Positions 51,253-64,000 of a DNA stretch of 64,000 nt are shown here, one piece after another. This DNA is from Octopus sinensis (lineage: Eukaryota). Below the pieces are notes generated by a model that saw only the letters and a program-made list of their open reading frames with translations, did no database searches and was not told the DNA's origin. Numbering within the stretch: the first letter of the stretch is position 1; the number at the start of each line of letters is the position of its first letter. The translations under genes were made by a program, and so were the position numbers. The stretch lies in NCBI RefSeq assembly GCF_006345805.1, contig NC_042999.1, positions 9,052,001 to 9,116,000 of the forward strand, in the 5' to 3' direction.

Positions 51253-51411
51253 TTACTTAATTGTGTAACCACGCAGATCGAAAAAAATCTTATGCAATTA
51301 ACCGAAATTTCATAGTATATGATAAAATACGTGATTTCGCTTTACTTGTCCGCCGTAAAATTGCTATATATATTATTACAGCCATTATTGGTTTACATAG
51401 TGTTAATCATA

Positions 51412-51610
51412 ATGCTGGTTTCAAATTTTGGCACAAGGCCAGCAATTTCGGGACAAACAATAATTTGTTTGCATCGTCCCCCAACGTTCAACAGGTACTT
51501 ATTTTATCGACCCCGAAAGATGAAAGACAAAGTCAACCTCGGTGAAATTTCAACTCAAAACATAAACAAGAACAAAATGACGATAAGCATTTTTTACCAG
51601 TTCGCTGATT
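51412..51610 (-). mobile_element. SINE family B (degenerate)
   Basis: Homology. Confidence 0.65.
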
Positions 51611-51790
51611 AAGTGTTAAGCATAATGTTAATTAGCTTTAATGAAATGTTTTCACAAAGGGGGCGGACTCCGGAATTAATTATAAAATAGAGATATACAA
51701 ATGTGGGAGTGTTTGATGTCAGTTAAGCACTGTAGCAACTCTTTAGTGAATTATAGTTTAAGCATCAATACACGATATTGAACGATTATA

Positions 51791-52215
51791 TTCTTTCTTT
51801 TATTTGTTTCTGTCATTTGAAGGCGGCCATGCTGGAGCACCACCTTTAGTCGAGCAAATCGACCCCAGGACTTATTCTTTGTAAGCCTAGCACTTATGGG
51901 TATCTCTTCCCGAACCGCTAAGTGACGGGGATGCAAACAAACCAGCATCGGTTCTCAAGCGATGTTGGGGGGACAAACACAGATACACAAACACACGCAC
52001 GCACACACACACACACATATATACATACATACATATATATATACATATATACGACGGACTTATTTCAGTTTCCGTCTACCAAATCCACTCACAAGGCTTT
52101 GGTCGGCCCGAGGCTATAGTAGAAGACACTTGCACAAAGTGCTACGCAGTGGGACTGAACCCGGAACAATGTGGTTGGTAAGCAAGCTACTTACCACACA
52201 GCCACTCCTGCGCCT
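51791..52215 (-). mobile_element. SINE family A, full length
   Basis: Homology. Confidence 0.9.
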
Positions 52216-53377
52216 ATTATAGTTTATTATTGAGGATTATTCAGGGATTAGGTAATTTAAATACCATGGGAATATTACCCAGCGATGCTTTCTGTATCCC
52301 AAACATAACTGTAAGTGCCTTCCAGCATTGTCGCGGTCTAATGACTGAAACAAGTAAAAAAAAGAAAAAAAGATACTTAATCTAAAATAAATTCTAATCA
52401 CTTGAAATTAAACATTTATATCAAAAGAAAAATCATTAATGCTAATGACAATATCTTTTAATCTAAACAACGGAGAAAATCCAAAATTTAAAGAACTTAA
52501 CAATTATGCCAACAAATCTTTTATTTACAAGGTTTTGGAAACTTGTTATTTATTTGTGTAGGACAATTTCTTGGTTAGTTTTCTTATAGTTATCTATAGC
52601 CAGGAAAATGCTTCATCTTCTTTCATTTCCTTTATTTTTCTTCGGTTGCTCAGGTTTAGCTAAGCAATGGCTTTCAGATATTTTGATTTACTCCATCTGA
52701 CAATTTGGAATTATACCAGTCTGGTTAAGAAAAATAACAATTATAAACCAACTGTTGCTTAATGAGTCGATACTGTAAACAATAAAATGACGTTCATTCA
52801 CCGCTTGATCAAAACTGCTTTTGTACATTCAATCTGCGTTAAAGATTGATTTATTGAAGAAATTTTATTCTAAAATTAGGAAAAAAGAAAACAGTGAAGA
52901 TTATTAAAAACTATTCTGGAATCCGAAGTTCGATAATCTTTAATTCATTGAAGAAAGAAAGAATAACTTGAATACATTTTTGTTTTAAATATTGGTAAAC
53001 ATGAATTGGTAAACTGGATAACTGTTATTTGAAAACAGAAGATAGGAGAAAATCTTTAGCGATATCGGATGAAATATTTGTTTAATGTCACGTTAAATTA
53101 GAAAAATAAGGTATGCGATTAAGCGAAATTGCGTTTAGTTGAATTTACAACAAACCAAATTTTATACAGATGTGACACTAATAGGGGAGCAAATAGCATG
53201 AACTACGTAATTGTCTGTTATGCAATTAAGGGGAATACTTTCTACTAGTGTCACGTCATCTGCTTTTCTTCCCTACCAAATTCTTCGGTTTTTGTTGTAA
53301 GACGGTGAGCTGAAAGAACCGTTCTAACGCCAAGAGACAATATTTTGCGTATTCGTTATGGCTACTTACATCCAATT

Positions 53378-53515
53378 TTAGCACAAGGCCAGCAATTTCA
53401 GCGGTTGGGTTTCGTCAATTACATCTCTACTAGTACTTAACTAGTACTTAACTTGCTAGCCCCGAAAGGATGAAAGGCAAAATCGACCTCGTTGGAATTT
53501 GAACTTAGAACGTTA
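53378..53515 (-). mobile_element. SINE family B fragment
   Basis: Homology. Confidence 0.65.
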
Positions 53516-53796
53516 CAGAAATGAAAGATGTGTGTGTGTGGTGTGTGTGTGCGCGCGTGTGTGTGTGTATGTGTGTATGTGTGTGTTTGTGTATGTGTGT
53601 GTGATTATGTCATTGTATATGTATAGCATGCGGAATGCACTTGTCTACATATCCGTCTCAATAGAAGGCGAAAGTATTAGCTTAAAATGGGATTGTTATT
53701 TCTGAGCCTTTCAAAGACTCCCTCGTAAACTAGAAGAGATTCCTGTTTTCTTCTTCACTTTAGTCATTTTGTTTGTTACTATTTAAAATCAAAACA

Positions 53797-54615
53797 GCGA
53801 GCAAACAGAATCGTTTGCAGGCCGGGCAAAACGCTTAGCGGCATTTCGTCTGTCACTACGTTCTGAGTTCAAATTCTGCCAGGGTCGACTTTACCTTTCC
53901 TCCTCTCGGAGTCGTTAAAATAAGTACCACTTGAACATTGCGGTCGATGTAATCGGCTTACACCCCACCTCCGAAATTGCTGGCCCAATGCCAAAATTTT
54001 AAACTAACTTTTAGATAAATGAAGGTAAAAAGCTGACAGAATCTTTAAGAACGCAGACCAAAATGCTTTAGAGCAATTCTTCCGATTTTACGTTCTGAGA
54101 TCAAATTCCGCCGAGATCGACTTTGCCTAAGAGTGTCGATAGAGTAAGATAGACCACTGCGATCGATATAATCGACTTGGCCCTTTCCCAAATTTTCTGG
54201 CTTTGTGCCAAAATTTAAAACCGGTATTTAACTCAAATTAAGGCGGCGAGCTGGCAGAGACGTTGGCATACCGGGCGCAGTGCTTCGCGGTATTTCGCCC
54301 GTCGCTATGTTCTGAGTTCAAATTCCGCCGAGGTCGACTTTGCCTTTCATCCTTTCGGGGTCGATAAATTAAGTACCAGTTACGCACTGGGGTCGATGTA
54401 ATCGACTTAATCCATTCGTCTGTCCTTGTTTGTCCTTTCTATGTTTAGCCCCTTGTGGGTAATAAAGAAACAGAACCTTTAGCAGGCCGGGCAAAATTCT
54501 TCGCAGCATTTCTTCCGACCTTACATTCAAATGCCTCCGAGTTAAACTCTGAGGTCAATTTAATCGACTTACACCTTCTTTGAGGCTGCTAGTCTCGTAC
54601 CTAAAATTTAGTACC
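53797..54615 (+). mobile_element. Cluster of four same-orientation SINE B copies
   Basis: Starts at about 53797, 54030, 54240 (best preserved) and 54475. Confidence 0.8.
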
Positions 54616-55443
54616 ATTATTTAAATGAGATTATGGATTAAAATTTATTCTTTTGTGAATCGTTATATAATAGTTTCTTTGTATTAATCAACAAATTTAT
54701 AAAAAGTATTTTGTTGATTACTTCACATTCTTATGACGAAATGCATATTATTTTGCCTGAAAGCATTATGCATATTACCATTTGGATGGAACAGAACAAG
54801 GCATGAATAACGTGAATTCCCGTATATTTATTCAATCGAAATGTAGGAATATAAACATCTGAAAGAAATTTTTAAAATAAAAGCAATTCTAGAATTGTAG
54901 ACTTTGTTCTAATTCTCGTAATTAAATTCCATGTTGAACGGGAAGAAGAGTAAAGTACAGTTATTGTAGATATTAACTATTTTTTTTTAATAATAATTGC
55001 TTAGGAACAACATTACATTTAACAAAAGAAAACAAGTCGACTTCAAAGTGAATCCCTATCACTTTTATTGTCAAAAAACATAGAAACTGGAGATTTTTCT
55101 GTAAATCCCATAATTAAAATAAGAAAATAAAACACAATAACAAAAATAAAATTAATAATAAAATAAAGTAACATCACAAACAACATAATTATCTTTCTTT
55201 CTTTGATAAGCCTGACAGTATTTGAAGTAATTAACAATGGAATGATATCAGAAGAAATAAATTAAAATAAAAGAAATTCTTTGTAATTATCTTTGTCAGA
55301 AAATGTATTTCGTGGGAAATAGATAATAATCTATAATTTCGCGCAGTAATTTCACCAAAATTGAATATAATTATGCGAATTACACTCAGTGCTACCTCTC
55401 TCTTCTTTCTCTCTCCCTCTCTTTCTTTCTTCTCTCATACACA

Positions 55444-55505
<62 letters not shown>

Positions 55506-55587
55506 TGTGTGTGTGTGCGTTTATGTAATATGTGTCACAGAATACTGAAACCTATATAAGAAATTAAAGGAGTACTAATCAATGTCC

Positions 55588-55640
<53 letters not shown>

Positions 55641-55670
55641 CTTTCTCTCTCCACTTTTCTATTATATATA

Positions 55671-56025
55671 TGGTCCTGTGGTTAGGGCAGCAGACTCGCA
55701 GTCATAGGGTCGCGGTTTCAATTCCCAGACCGGACGTTGTAAGTGTTTATTAAGCGAAAACACCTAAAACTGCACGAGGCTCCGGTAGGGGATGGTGGCG
55801 AAACCTGCTCTACTCTTTCACCACAACTTTCTCTCACTCTTTCATCCTGTTTCTGTTGTCCCTGTATTTCAATGGGCCAGCCTTGTCACACTGTGTGTCA
55901 CGCTGAACTGCATTAAGGGTACACATGTCTGTGGAGTGCTCAACCATTTACACCTTAATTTCACGATCCCGCTGTTCGGTTGATCGGATCAACTGGAACC
56001 CTCGTCGTCATAACCGACGGAGTGC
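55671..56025 (+). mobile_element. SINE family C
   Basis: Homology. Confidence 0.85.
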
Positions 56026-56031
56026 GGTGAC

Positions 56032-56068
<37 letters not shown>

Positions 56069-56093
56069 CACACACATATATATATATATATAT

Positions 56094-56215
56094 AACATAA
56101 GGGACATTAGCTATTTGAATGTGGCTAGGGACAGGGCAGGGCGGTGGGGGTGTTACTGATGCATTTAGTCCTGCCTGTCCCTAGCCACATTCAAATGGCT
56201 AATGTCCCTTATGTT
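56094..56215. mobile_element. Small palindromic MITE-like element
   Basis: About 47-bp arms AACATAAGGGACATTAGC..ACAGG / CCTGTCCCTAGCC..CCCTTATGTT. Confidence 0.7.
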
Positions 56216-56259
56216 TGGAGCAGTTGCTGTCTATATCTCGTTAGAGAATTATTATTGCT

Positions 56260-56324
<65 letters not shown>

Positions 56325-56919
56325 TATAAATGAATATATATATGATATATATATATATATATATATATAAAAATTATATATATATACACATACATATACA
56401 TATATGTATATATATACACATACATATACATATATATATATATGGTATTGTATGGATGTTCACAAGTTAAGCGTCTACAAATACATAATAGATTTAAGTG
56501 TTGCGAATATCTTATATATACGAACTTAAATACTTTCCGATAATAAAATAATTTGCGTTTTCCAGGGAAATCATTGGACTTCGTTTGTGTTAAGCAGTAT
56601 TCCCACCTTCTTTTCAATCATCATGTTGCCTTGTTTGGTATCGCAAAACAACAGTTGGAATGCGTGGGAAGTTTCCTGAGAATTCTTTGAGTGTGATCGA
56701 ATTCTTGCAATCCTTTAACTGTGGCGTCTCGTGGTTCGTCAAGAATTATTATATTGATAATTACTGAAGCTAATTGGAATGTCTTTGAAAGTCTCCGAAA
56801 TTGCATGTCACTATTTGTGCCGTTGAAAGACTTAAATATCTTGAAAAGTTGTGCAAATATGTATTTGAGCTTTATTCGATTGGGGATTCATGTATGCATT
56901 GCTCTGGTTTCGGAAAACA

Positions 56920-57080
56920 CAAAAAAGGTGAGGATGTAGCACAAGCAATGTATTAATAAGACGCTCAGAGAAAGCAGAGAGTTGTTGTTTTACGTTTCGA
57001 GCATAGCTCTTCACCGGAGACAGGAGAAACTAGAAAGTCCAAAGGGAAAAAGAAAGGAGGAAAAAACCGCCACCAGTCCA
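56920..57080 (-). mobile_element. Related short pLTR-like repeat with HHR-like motif (56986-57020)
   Basis: Minus strand reads CCGGTGAA-GAGC tat GCTC-GAAACGT-A..CTGAGCGTC..TAATAC. Confidence 0.5.
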
Positions 57081-57190
57081 CGTGAGGTTACATTTTTGAA
57101 GGTGTGAGTGAAGGTGTAGGTGTGGGTGATGGTGGGAGGAGGAAAAACGAAGGAGAATGGAAGAATTGCAGTCAAGTCGAGGGAAGAGAA

Positions 57191-57252
<62 letters not shown>

Positions 57253-57352
57253 ATGCAAGTACGAATGTACATATGTACTATGTATGTATGGGTATGTGTG
57301 AATGAATGTATGTATGTTTGTATGCATGTGTACATACATATATATATACATT

Positions 57353-57386
<34 letters not shown>

Positions 57387-58324
57387 TGCATATACGTACA
57401 TATACATATATATACATACATACATGTATATATATATGTGTGTGTGTGTGCGTGTGTGTGTATGTGTGTGTGTGGTGTGTGTGTATATTTTGATTTGAGC
57501 AGTGTGAGTTTGAACGATATCTGTTGTGTAAAGAAATGTCCATCTGCGCGTAGTTTATTAATCCACATCTGAAAATTAAGAGACCGAAGCAACGGCTTTG
57601 GCATGAATTGAAAGTATCGCCGAAACAACAGGGTAATATGCAAAGGGAGTGACGACATACTTTGCCCTTTGCGTCGTAGGAACATTCATCTTGCACAAAC
57701 CAAAGATTTCCAATAAATAAGAAAGAAAATATTGTCCAGTTTGTCGATGCAGGCAAATTAATCCTCTCCAACTGGAAAATATCACCTACAGCGGATTAAA
57801 ACACCTCATCCCTCGGATCTAGCAGGACAAATATTCCGCTCTCTACCTTCCTCTTTTATATATCAATTCTTCTATCTATTAACGATTGTACACCTTCTAA
57901 TTGCCCTCTATAGCAGATGTATACGATTTTCAGAGCTTTTATAGCACTTTCTAATTCATTCTGTACTTTTAAACTAGTTTTGAATTGCTTCGAAAACTTA
58001 ATTCTCCATTTTCCAAATCCAAGCAGTTCAATTGTATTTCTAAAGTCACTATACACCTTTCTTGTCCCTGTAAATAGAAACTGGCTTATGGTCTGCATAA
58101 CGCTGGTCTTCAAATATACAGAAGTGTATGAAGGTTTCTTTATGTTGGTGCTCGCTTCTATGCGTTTGTGTTTCTCATTTTTGAATAAAGTCTGTCTTCA
58201 CTTGTGTACACCTTTGCTAGAACGTTTGCTAAATGAATCTTCCGCACTCGTATTTATTCCATCATAATGCAAGAGACTGTGTTAACATCAGTCTTGATAC
58301 GGTAAAATAGATTCAATTCAACGT

Positions 58325-58561
58325 AAGGCGGCGAGCTGGCAGAAACGTTAGCACGTCGGGCGAACTGTTTAGCGGCATTTCGTCTGTCGCTACGTTCTGA
58401 GTTCAAATTCCGCCGAGGTCGACTTTGCCTTTCATCCTTTCGGGGTCGATTGAATAAGTACCAGTTATGCACTGGAGTCGATATAATCGACTTAATCCGT
58501 TTGTCTGTCCTTGTTTGTCCTCTCTGTGTTTAGCCCCTTGTGGGTAATAAAGAAATAGGTA
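58325..58561 (+). mobile_element. SINE family B, full length
   Basis: Homology; ends AAGAAATAGGT. Confidence 0.9.
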
Positions 58562-59399
58562 AAATAGATTCAATTTCCCCACAAACCTTATATCAGGGAT
58601 AAAAGGGGGAAAGCCATTCAATATAACTATTTTGTAATTTATTTAGCAATGTCAAATCAGTATTTGCATTTCATTCTTACTTTTATAATATTAGAAATTA
58701 AATAACGCTTCCAAGTTGTTCGTTTTCAGTGGGAAAAATTAGTATTTTTACAGATTCCATTTATTCAAAGCGAAATACAAGAATATTCATATATTTTCAC
58801 ATCCTAGCTATCCGTTAAATTCCTATGAATTCTACATTTTAAATACTTTCGCGTTAACAGGGATTAAAAAATTTACTAGTAATGTTTATAACATTTATCA
58901 TAGCTCTCAACAATATGGAGTCAATTATATTGACGAAATAATTCCCTTTCACACATTGGCATTCTCCCTTGATAAGGGGGCAACTTTGCAACATCGTATG
59001 ATGAAATCTATATCTCAATGTAGAGACGCCAATAATTGGCTGATGTCTTACTTCGATAGCGGGACTAATATCGAATCTGTCTTATGAAATATAGAAAACC
59101 AAAACCTTATTAAAACCAGTAAACTTCACTATTGCTGAACAGCTCTAACTGTCTAAATCTAATACAAACCACATTGGTTTTGCCATTTTTGATCCGTTCG
59201 AAATTCTATAAATGCCTAATCTACCTGTATCAGGTCATCTCAAACCAAAGCGTTTGCGGAAACTATTGAACCGGTGTATATGCATATATGTATATACATA
59301 CATATATATAAAACCATATATGTACGGTGGTGTCGCAGTATGACCGTAGCTTTAAAGATGAAAGTTTAAAGAATTTAAATAAAAAATACATACCCATTT

Positions 59400-59575
59400 T
59401 TTTCTCTCCTTGTTTCTTTCTGTGTTTCTTTTCTGTGTATCTTTCTGTTGAAGAGCGTAGGCTCGAAACGTAAAAGACTTGTTTTATTTATATTCCTGAG
59501 CGCCATACTAATACAATTGTTTGTTTGTATTCCACCTGCCTTCGTCTTTTGTTTATTTTCATAAAGCTTCCCGTT
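59400..59575 (+). mobile_element. Short pLTR-like repeat with minimal HHR-like motif (59440-59477), ending in (TA)n
   Basis: TCTTT-CTGTTGAA-GAGC gtag GCTC-GAAA-CGT-A-AAAGA, followed by CCTGAGCG..CTAATAC..CCACCTG(T/C)CTTCGTC as in other copies. Confidence 0.6.
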
Positions 59576-60021
59576 ATATATATATATATATATTGCTGTT
59601 TTTACTGAGATCTCCCTTTTTAGTAGAAGAAATAGCTATAACCCTTTGACTGCTATTTCTAAATTCGGTATGTGGTAAGGCAACTCGTTGCTGAACCCTT
59701 ATTGCTTAGTATATATATATATATATATATATACAGAGAGAGAGAGAAAGAGAAAGAGAGAGTGGATGAGAGCGAGAAAGAGAGAAAGGGTGAGAGTGAG
59801 TGTTTATTTTTATGTTTAGTTATAATAACAACCTCACATTAAGCTAAGGAGGATATTCTATACTTTTGTAGAGTTCTAGCTTATTCTTGTTTTTGACACA
59901 GACTTCTAAGTTTCTGAAACATACATACGTACATACGCACACACACACACATATATATACGTATATATATCCACATATATATATATACATATGCACATAT
60001 ATATGCATACATATTATATAT

Positions 60022-60055
<34 letters not shown>

Positions 60056-60144
60056 CATATATATATACATAATGATATAGATAGATAGGCAGATAGCTAT
60101 AGATATAGATAGATAAATATATATATATAGATATAGATAGATAA

Positions 60145-60188
<44 letters not shown>

Positions 60189-60812
60189 ATAGATATATAG
60201 ATAGATAGATATTATACACACATATATATATATATATATATTTGCATGTGTATATATATGCATATAAGTATACGCACACACAAACACATGTAGATGACAC
60301 ATATTGATCAATGTTCTCTTTCTTTTCATTAAGCCGCTTCGACTACTTTGTTTTAGAGAGTCTTCTCTGACCTCTGCCCTTGTATCTATTGAACTATTGA
60401 ATCCTTTCTACTTCGAATTGTCTTGAACCATTCCTAATGTTTTCTGTATTACATGAATCCATCTATTACATCACACCACGCCTTGCTCATTTTTCATTTA
60501 CATGTTCTATAAAATAGACACTAATGATTTTTTTGCAGTAGTACACGAGAGTAACTGTTTGTTTGTTTTTGTTTTTTTCTACACTACGTGCCAGCGAGCA
60601 TGTTAATTGCTGTGAATTATGTACTAAGCTTCAAACGGCAACATTCTTAGTGTTAGCAGCGCAGAAAATATCTAACAATTTCTGAATAGAATATATGAAT
60701 AAAATATATGAATAAAATATAATTGGTATCCTGAAAAGTAAAACAAGAAACCTATAAAATGAGCTGCAACAAACAGCATTTGTTTTCGTTAATATCTAAA
60801 CTGTTACCTGTA

Positions 60813-60858
<46 letters not shown>

Positions 60859-61032
60859 ATATATATAAAGGTAGATATATATATATATATAAGATATATA
60901 TATATATATACATATACCCAATCAGTGATACAATCATACACACACGTGAACGCAGTAACACTCACAAACAGATACTTACACACACCAACATATGCATGTA
61001 TATATTTATATATATATATATAAATATATATG

Positions 61033-61068
<36 letters not shown>

Positions 61069-61734
61069 ACACCCATACAATCATGCAATCATGCACACAC
61101 ACATGAACGCAGTAACACTCTCAAACTGATATCTACACACACTAACACATGCATATATATATATATACATACACACATGTATACTCACACGTATACATAC
61201 ACATCCGCTCGCACATATACACACAACTAGCTGAATAAAAGAGGTGCACAGAAAAAAAAATCACACACCGCCAGAAAATACACACCTGTAAAGGTGCTTC
61301 GTTAACAGCCATAAAACAGCGAATGTGCTGATTGGGAAATAATGCCATAAATCAATGTAGGTATTTGTCAAATAATAACATACGCTGTAAGATAACATTA
61401 GAATATGTATAGAAATGGAAAAGTAGGTTTCTCGAAACACGGAAATAAAGAGATACAGTAGAATAAGGTGAAATAAATTGTGCCGTCTACTTGTGAGATA
61501 AATAAAAGAAGTATTGGGTAAGTAGTAAAACAGACTGGAAGCTGAAATTAAACTGTCACAGGAAGATATAAAGAGCGTGTAATTGTTGTGGAGTTTGAAT
61601 AGCTTTTCTAGAAAGAAAAGAGCTTTAATGGCGAACAGTTTAATGTCGGTAGGTAAAGAGATGTTGCGAACAAGAGAATGAAATTAATTGTTTTTACTAA
61701 CAATGATGGGAGCCTTTATAGCATCAATGCAACG

Positions 61735-61765
61735 GCAATAATAATAATGATGATGATGATAATAA

Positions 61766-61832
<67 letters not shown>

Positions 61833-61843
61833 TATAATATTAA

Positions 61844-61896
<53 letters not shown>

Positions 61897-61917
61897 ATAA
61901 TAATAATAATAATAGTA
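61735..61917. repeat. (AAT)/(AGT)n microsatellite
   Basis: Directly visible. Confidence 0.95.
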
Positions 61918-62365
61918 ATACTCTGGGATATGCCAATACACACAGATAGAGAAATTAAGGCCAATATGCCAGATATAGTTGTCAGAGATCATGAAAAAAA
62001 AATGCTTTCTAATTACCAGCAGACGACAACGAGTCTCGAAAAGTAATGGAGAAACTTTCAAAATACAAAGACCTGGAAATAGAGGTAACCAGAATGTGGA
62101 ATCTAAAAACAGAAACAATTCCTATCATAGTAGGCGCATTAGGCATGATAAGAAAAATATTCGGGCAAATGTATAACAAAAACACCAGGACTTACAAGTG
62201 TATATAACATACAGAAAATTGCACTACTGGGCGCTGCACACATCCTACGCAGAACACTTTCAATACAGTAACCATCAGAGCATCACAACAAATCACAGCA
62301 CATACCTAAGGCACACAGAGCTGTTCTCGGTAGTGAAGTGAAAGTACGTTATAAAAATAAAACTA

Positions 62366-62368
<3 letters not shown>
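61918..62368 (+). mobile_element. R4/Dong-type LINE 3' end (restriction-like endonuclease), in (AAT)n
   Basis: ILWDMPIHTDREIKANMPDIVV..; KLSKYKDLEIEVTRMW..IPIIVGALG..QKIALLGAAHILRR; stop at 62269-62271; (AAT)n on both sides. Confidence 0.9.
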
Positions 62369-62435
<67 letters not shown>

Positions 62436-62451
62436 CTGATGATAATAATAC

Positions 62452-62628
62452 CAATCCTTTCTACTATAGGCGCAAGGGCTGAAATTTGGGGATGGGGGAT
62501 AGTCGATTACAGAATGGATGAAAGGCAAAGTCAACCTCGGCAGAATATGAACTCACAACGTAAATACGGTCGAAATGCTTCTAAAGTATTTTTCCGGCGT
62601 GCTAACGATTCTGCCAGCTCCCCGCCCT
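62452..62628 (-). mobile_element. SINE family B (alternative tail)
   Basis: Homology. Confidence 0.7.
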
Positions 62629-62629
62629 C

Positions 62630-62752
62630 AGCAATAATAAAATAGAAGAAGAAGAAGAAGAAGAAGAAGAAGAAGAAGAAGAAGAAGAAGAAGAAGAAGA
62701 ATATTATCATTACCATCATCATCATCGCCATCATTAACATTATCATCATCAC

Positions 62753-62802
<50 letters not shown>

Positions 62803-62829
62803 AATCATTATCGATAATGATAATTATTA

Positions 62830-62889
<60 letters not shown>

Positions 62890-62907
62890 TATTATTATTA
62901 TTATTAT
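62630..62907. repeat. (AAG)/(CAT)/(ATT)n compound microsatellite
   Basis: Directly visible. Confidence 0.95.
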
Positions 62908-63362
62908 TAGTGAGTGACAGAGATATGCGTACCATCAAGTTCACACTGGGGTAAGATATACGAAACCTAGTATACCCGTCTGATACGAGTACCCCAGGCA
63001 TATGCATCACAACTACATGTGCGCAACATAGCGATCTCATAAACCTTGCAGGTGGGGCCCAGTTAGATTTTTCTTCAGGTCGAGTAGCCCATCCCGCTCA
63101 CGAGGTCCTTGAATAAGGTTTGTTTAAGGATGATATGCAAAACACCCATGTTTCCAAAGGTGAATCATCCAAACCCCAAACAATTCCTCTCAACACATGC
63201 AAGGCCATGCACTGTTTATGAATCGCTATGTTGCGCACATGTGGTTGTGATGCATGTGCCTGGTGCACCCGTATCAGACGGGTAGTCATGACGGGTATAT
63301 TAGGCTTCGTATATCTTACCCCAGTGTGAACTTGATGGTATGCACTTCTCTGTCACTCACTA
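62908..63362. mobile_element. Fold-back element of two inverted tail-like arms in trinucleotide microsatellites
   Basis: 62908-63044 pairs with 63214-63362 (diverged, 13-nt indel); flanked by (ATT)n and AAT/(GAT)n. Confidence 0.7.
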
Positions 63363-63365
63363 AAA

Positions 63366-63582
63366 ATAATGATGATGATGATGATGCTGATGACGATGAT
63401 GATGATGATGGTGATGATGATGATGAAGATGGTGGTGGTGGTGGTGATGATGATGATGTTGGTGGTGGTGATGATGATGATGGTGGTGGTGGTGGTGGTG
63501 GTGATGGTGATGATGATGATAATGATGATGATGATGGTGGTGGTGGTTGTGGTGGTGGTGGTGGTGGTGGTGATGATGATGA

Positions 63583-63613
<31 letters not shown>

Positions 63614-63677
63614 GGTGGTGGTAGTGGTGATGATGATGATGATGGTGGTGGTGGTTGTGGTGGTGGTGGTGGTGATG

Positions 63678-63709
<32 letters not shown>

Positions 63710-63741
63710 GATGATGAAGATGGTGATGGTGGTGGTGAATG

Positions 63742-63772
<31 letters not shown>

Positions 63773-63818
63773 GGTGAATGTGATGATGATGATGATGATG
63801 ATGCTGGTGGTGGTGGTG
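63366..63818. repeat. (GAT)/(GGT)n compound microsatellite
   Basis: Directly visible; source of poly-D/G, poly-H, poly-M/V ORFs. Confidence 0.95.
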
Positions 63819-64000
63819 AAAATATTGATAATGATCACAACAACACGAACAAAAAAAAAACTGTTTTCTGCCGATAAGGAATCTGACAAATACAAAAACG
63901 AAGTCCATAGCACCTAAGAAATATGAAGAAAAAGAAAAAAACAAATAAAAACTATAAAAGAACTGAAATCCAAACGAAAACCGGAGCAACATGGTATCAT

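Noticed and set aside
57640-57680. HDV-like ribozyme in the pseudoknot
   Set aside because: Too few nucleotides inside P1 for P2-P3-L3, and no P4/J4/2.
57856-58267. ORFs 57856-58113 (-) and 57917-58267 (+)
   Set aside because: No recognisable motif or splice context.

Overview
AT-rich, microsatellite-dense eukaryotic intergenic or intronic DNA. The SINE/LINE repertoire looks like an Octopus (cephalopod) genome (inference). No host protein-coding exon could be supported; almost all listed ORFs are microsatellite or repeat artefacts. Main content: (1) a 5'-truncated, frameshifted Penelope-like element (PLE, Naiad-like RT + C-terminal GIY-YIG) at 3611-6678, inserted in (TA)n with a 53-bp inverted 5' end; (2) a set of distinct type-I hammerhead ribozyme (HHR) motifs from PLE pseudo-LTRs, including two with unusually long (55-60 nt) domain II, a family with a CCGACGA (U4C) core, a family with a CUGUUGAA (A6U) core, and fold-back elements carrying HHRs on both strands; (3) dozens of tRNA-derived SINEs in about five modular families, one forming 183-bp tandem multimers and one sharing its 3' tail with a CR1-type LINE; (4) 3' fragments of CR1-type and R4/Dong-type LINEs, palindromic MITE-like elements and a Helentron/HINE-like element. 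All calls come from manual reading; boundaries of degenerate repeats are approximate (about +/-10 nt). Ribozyme activity is untested.
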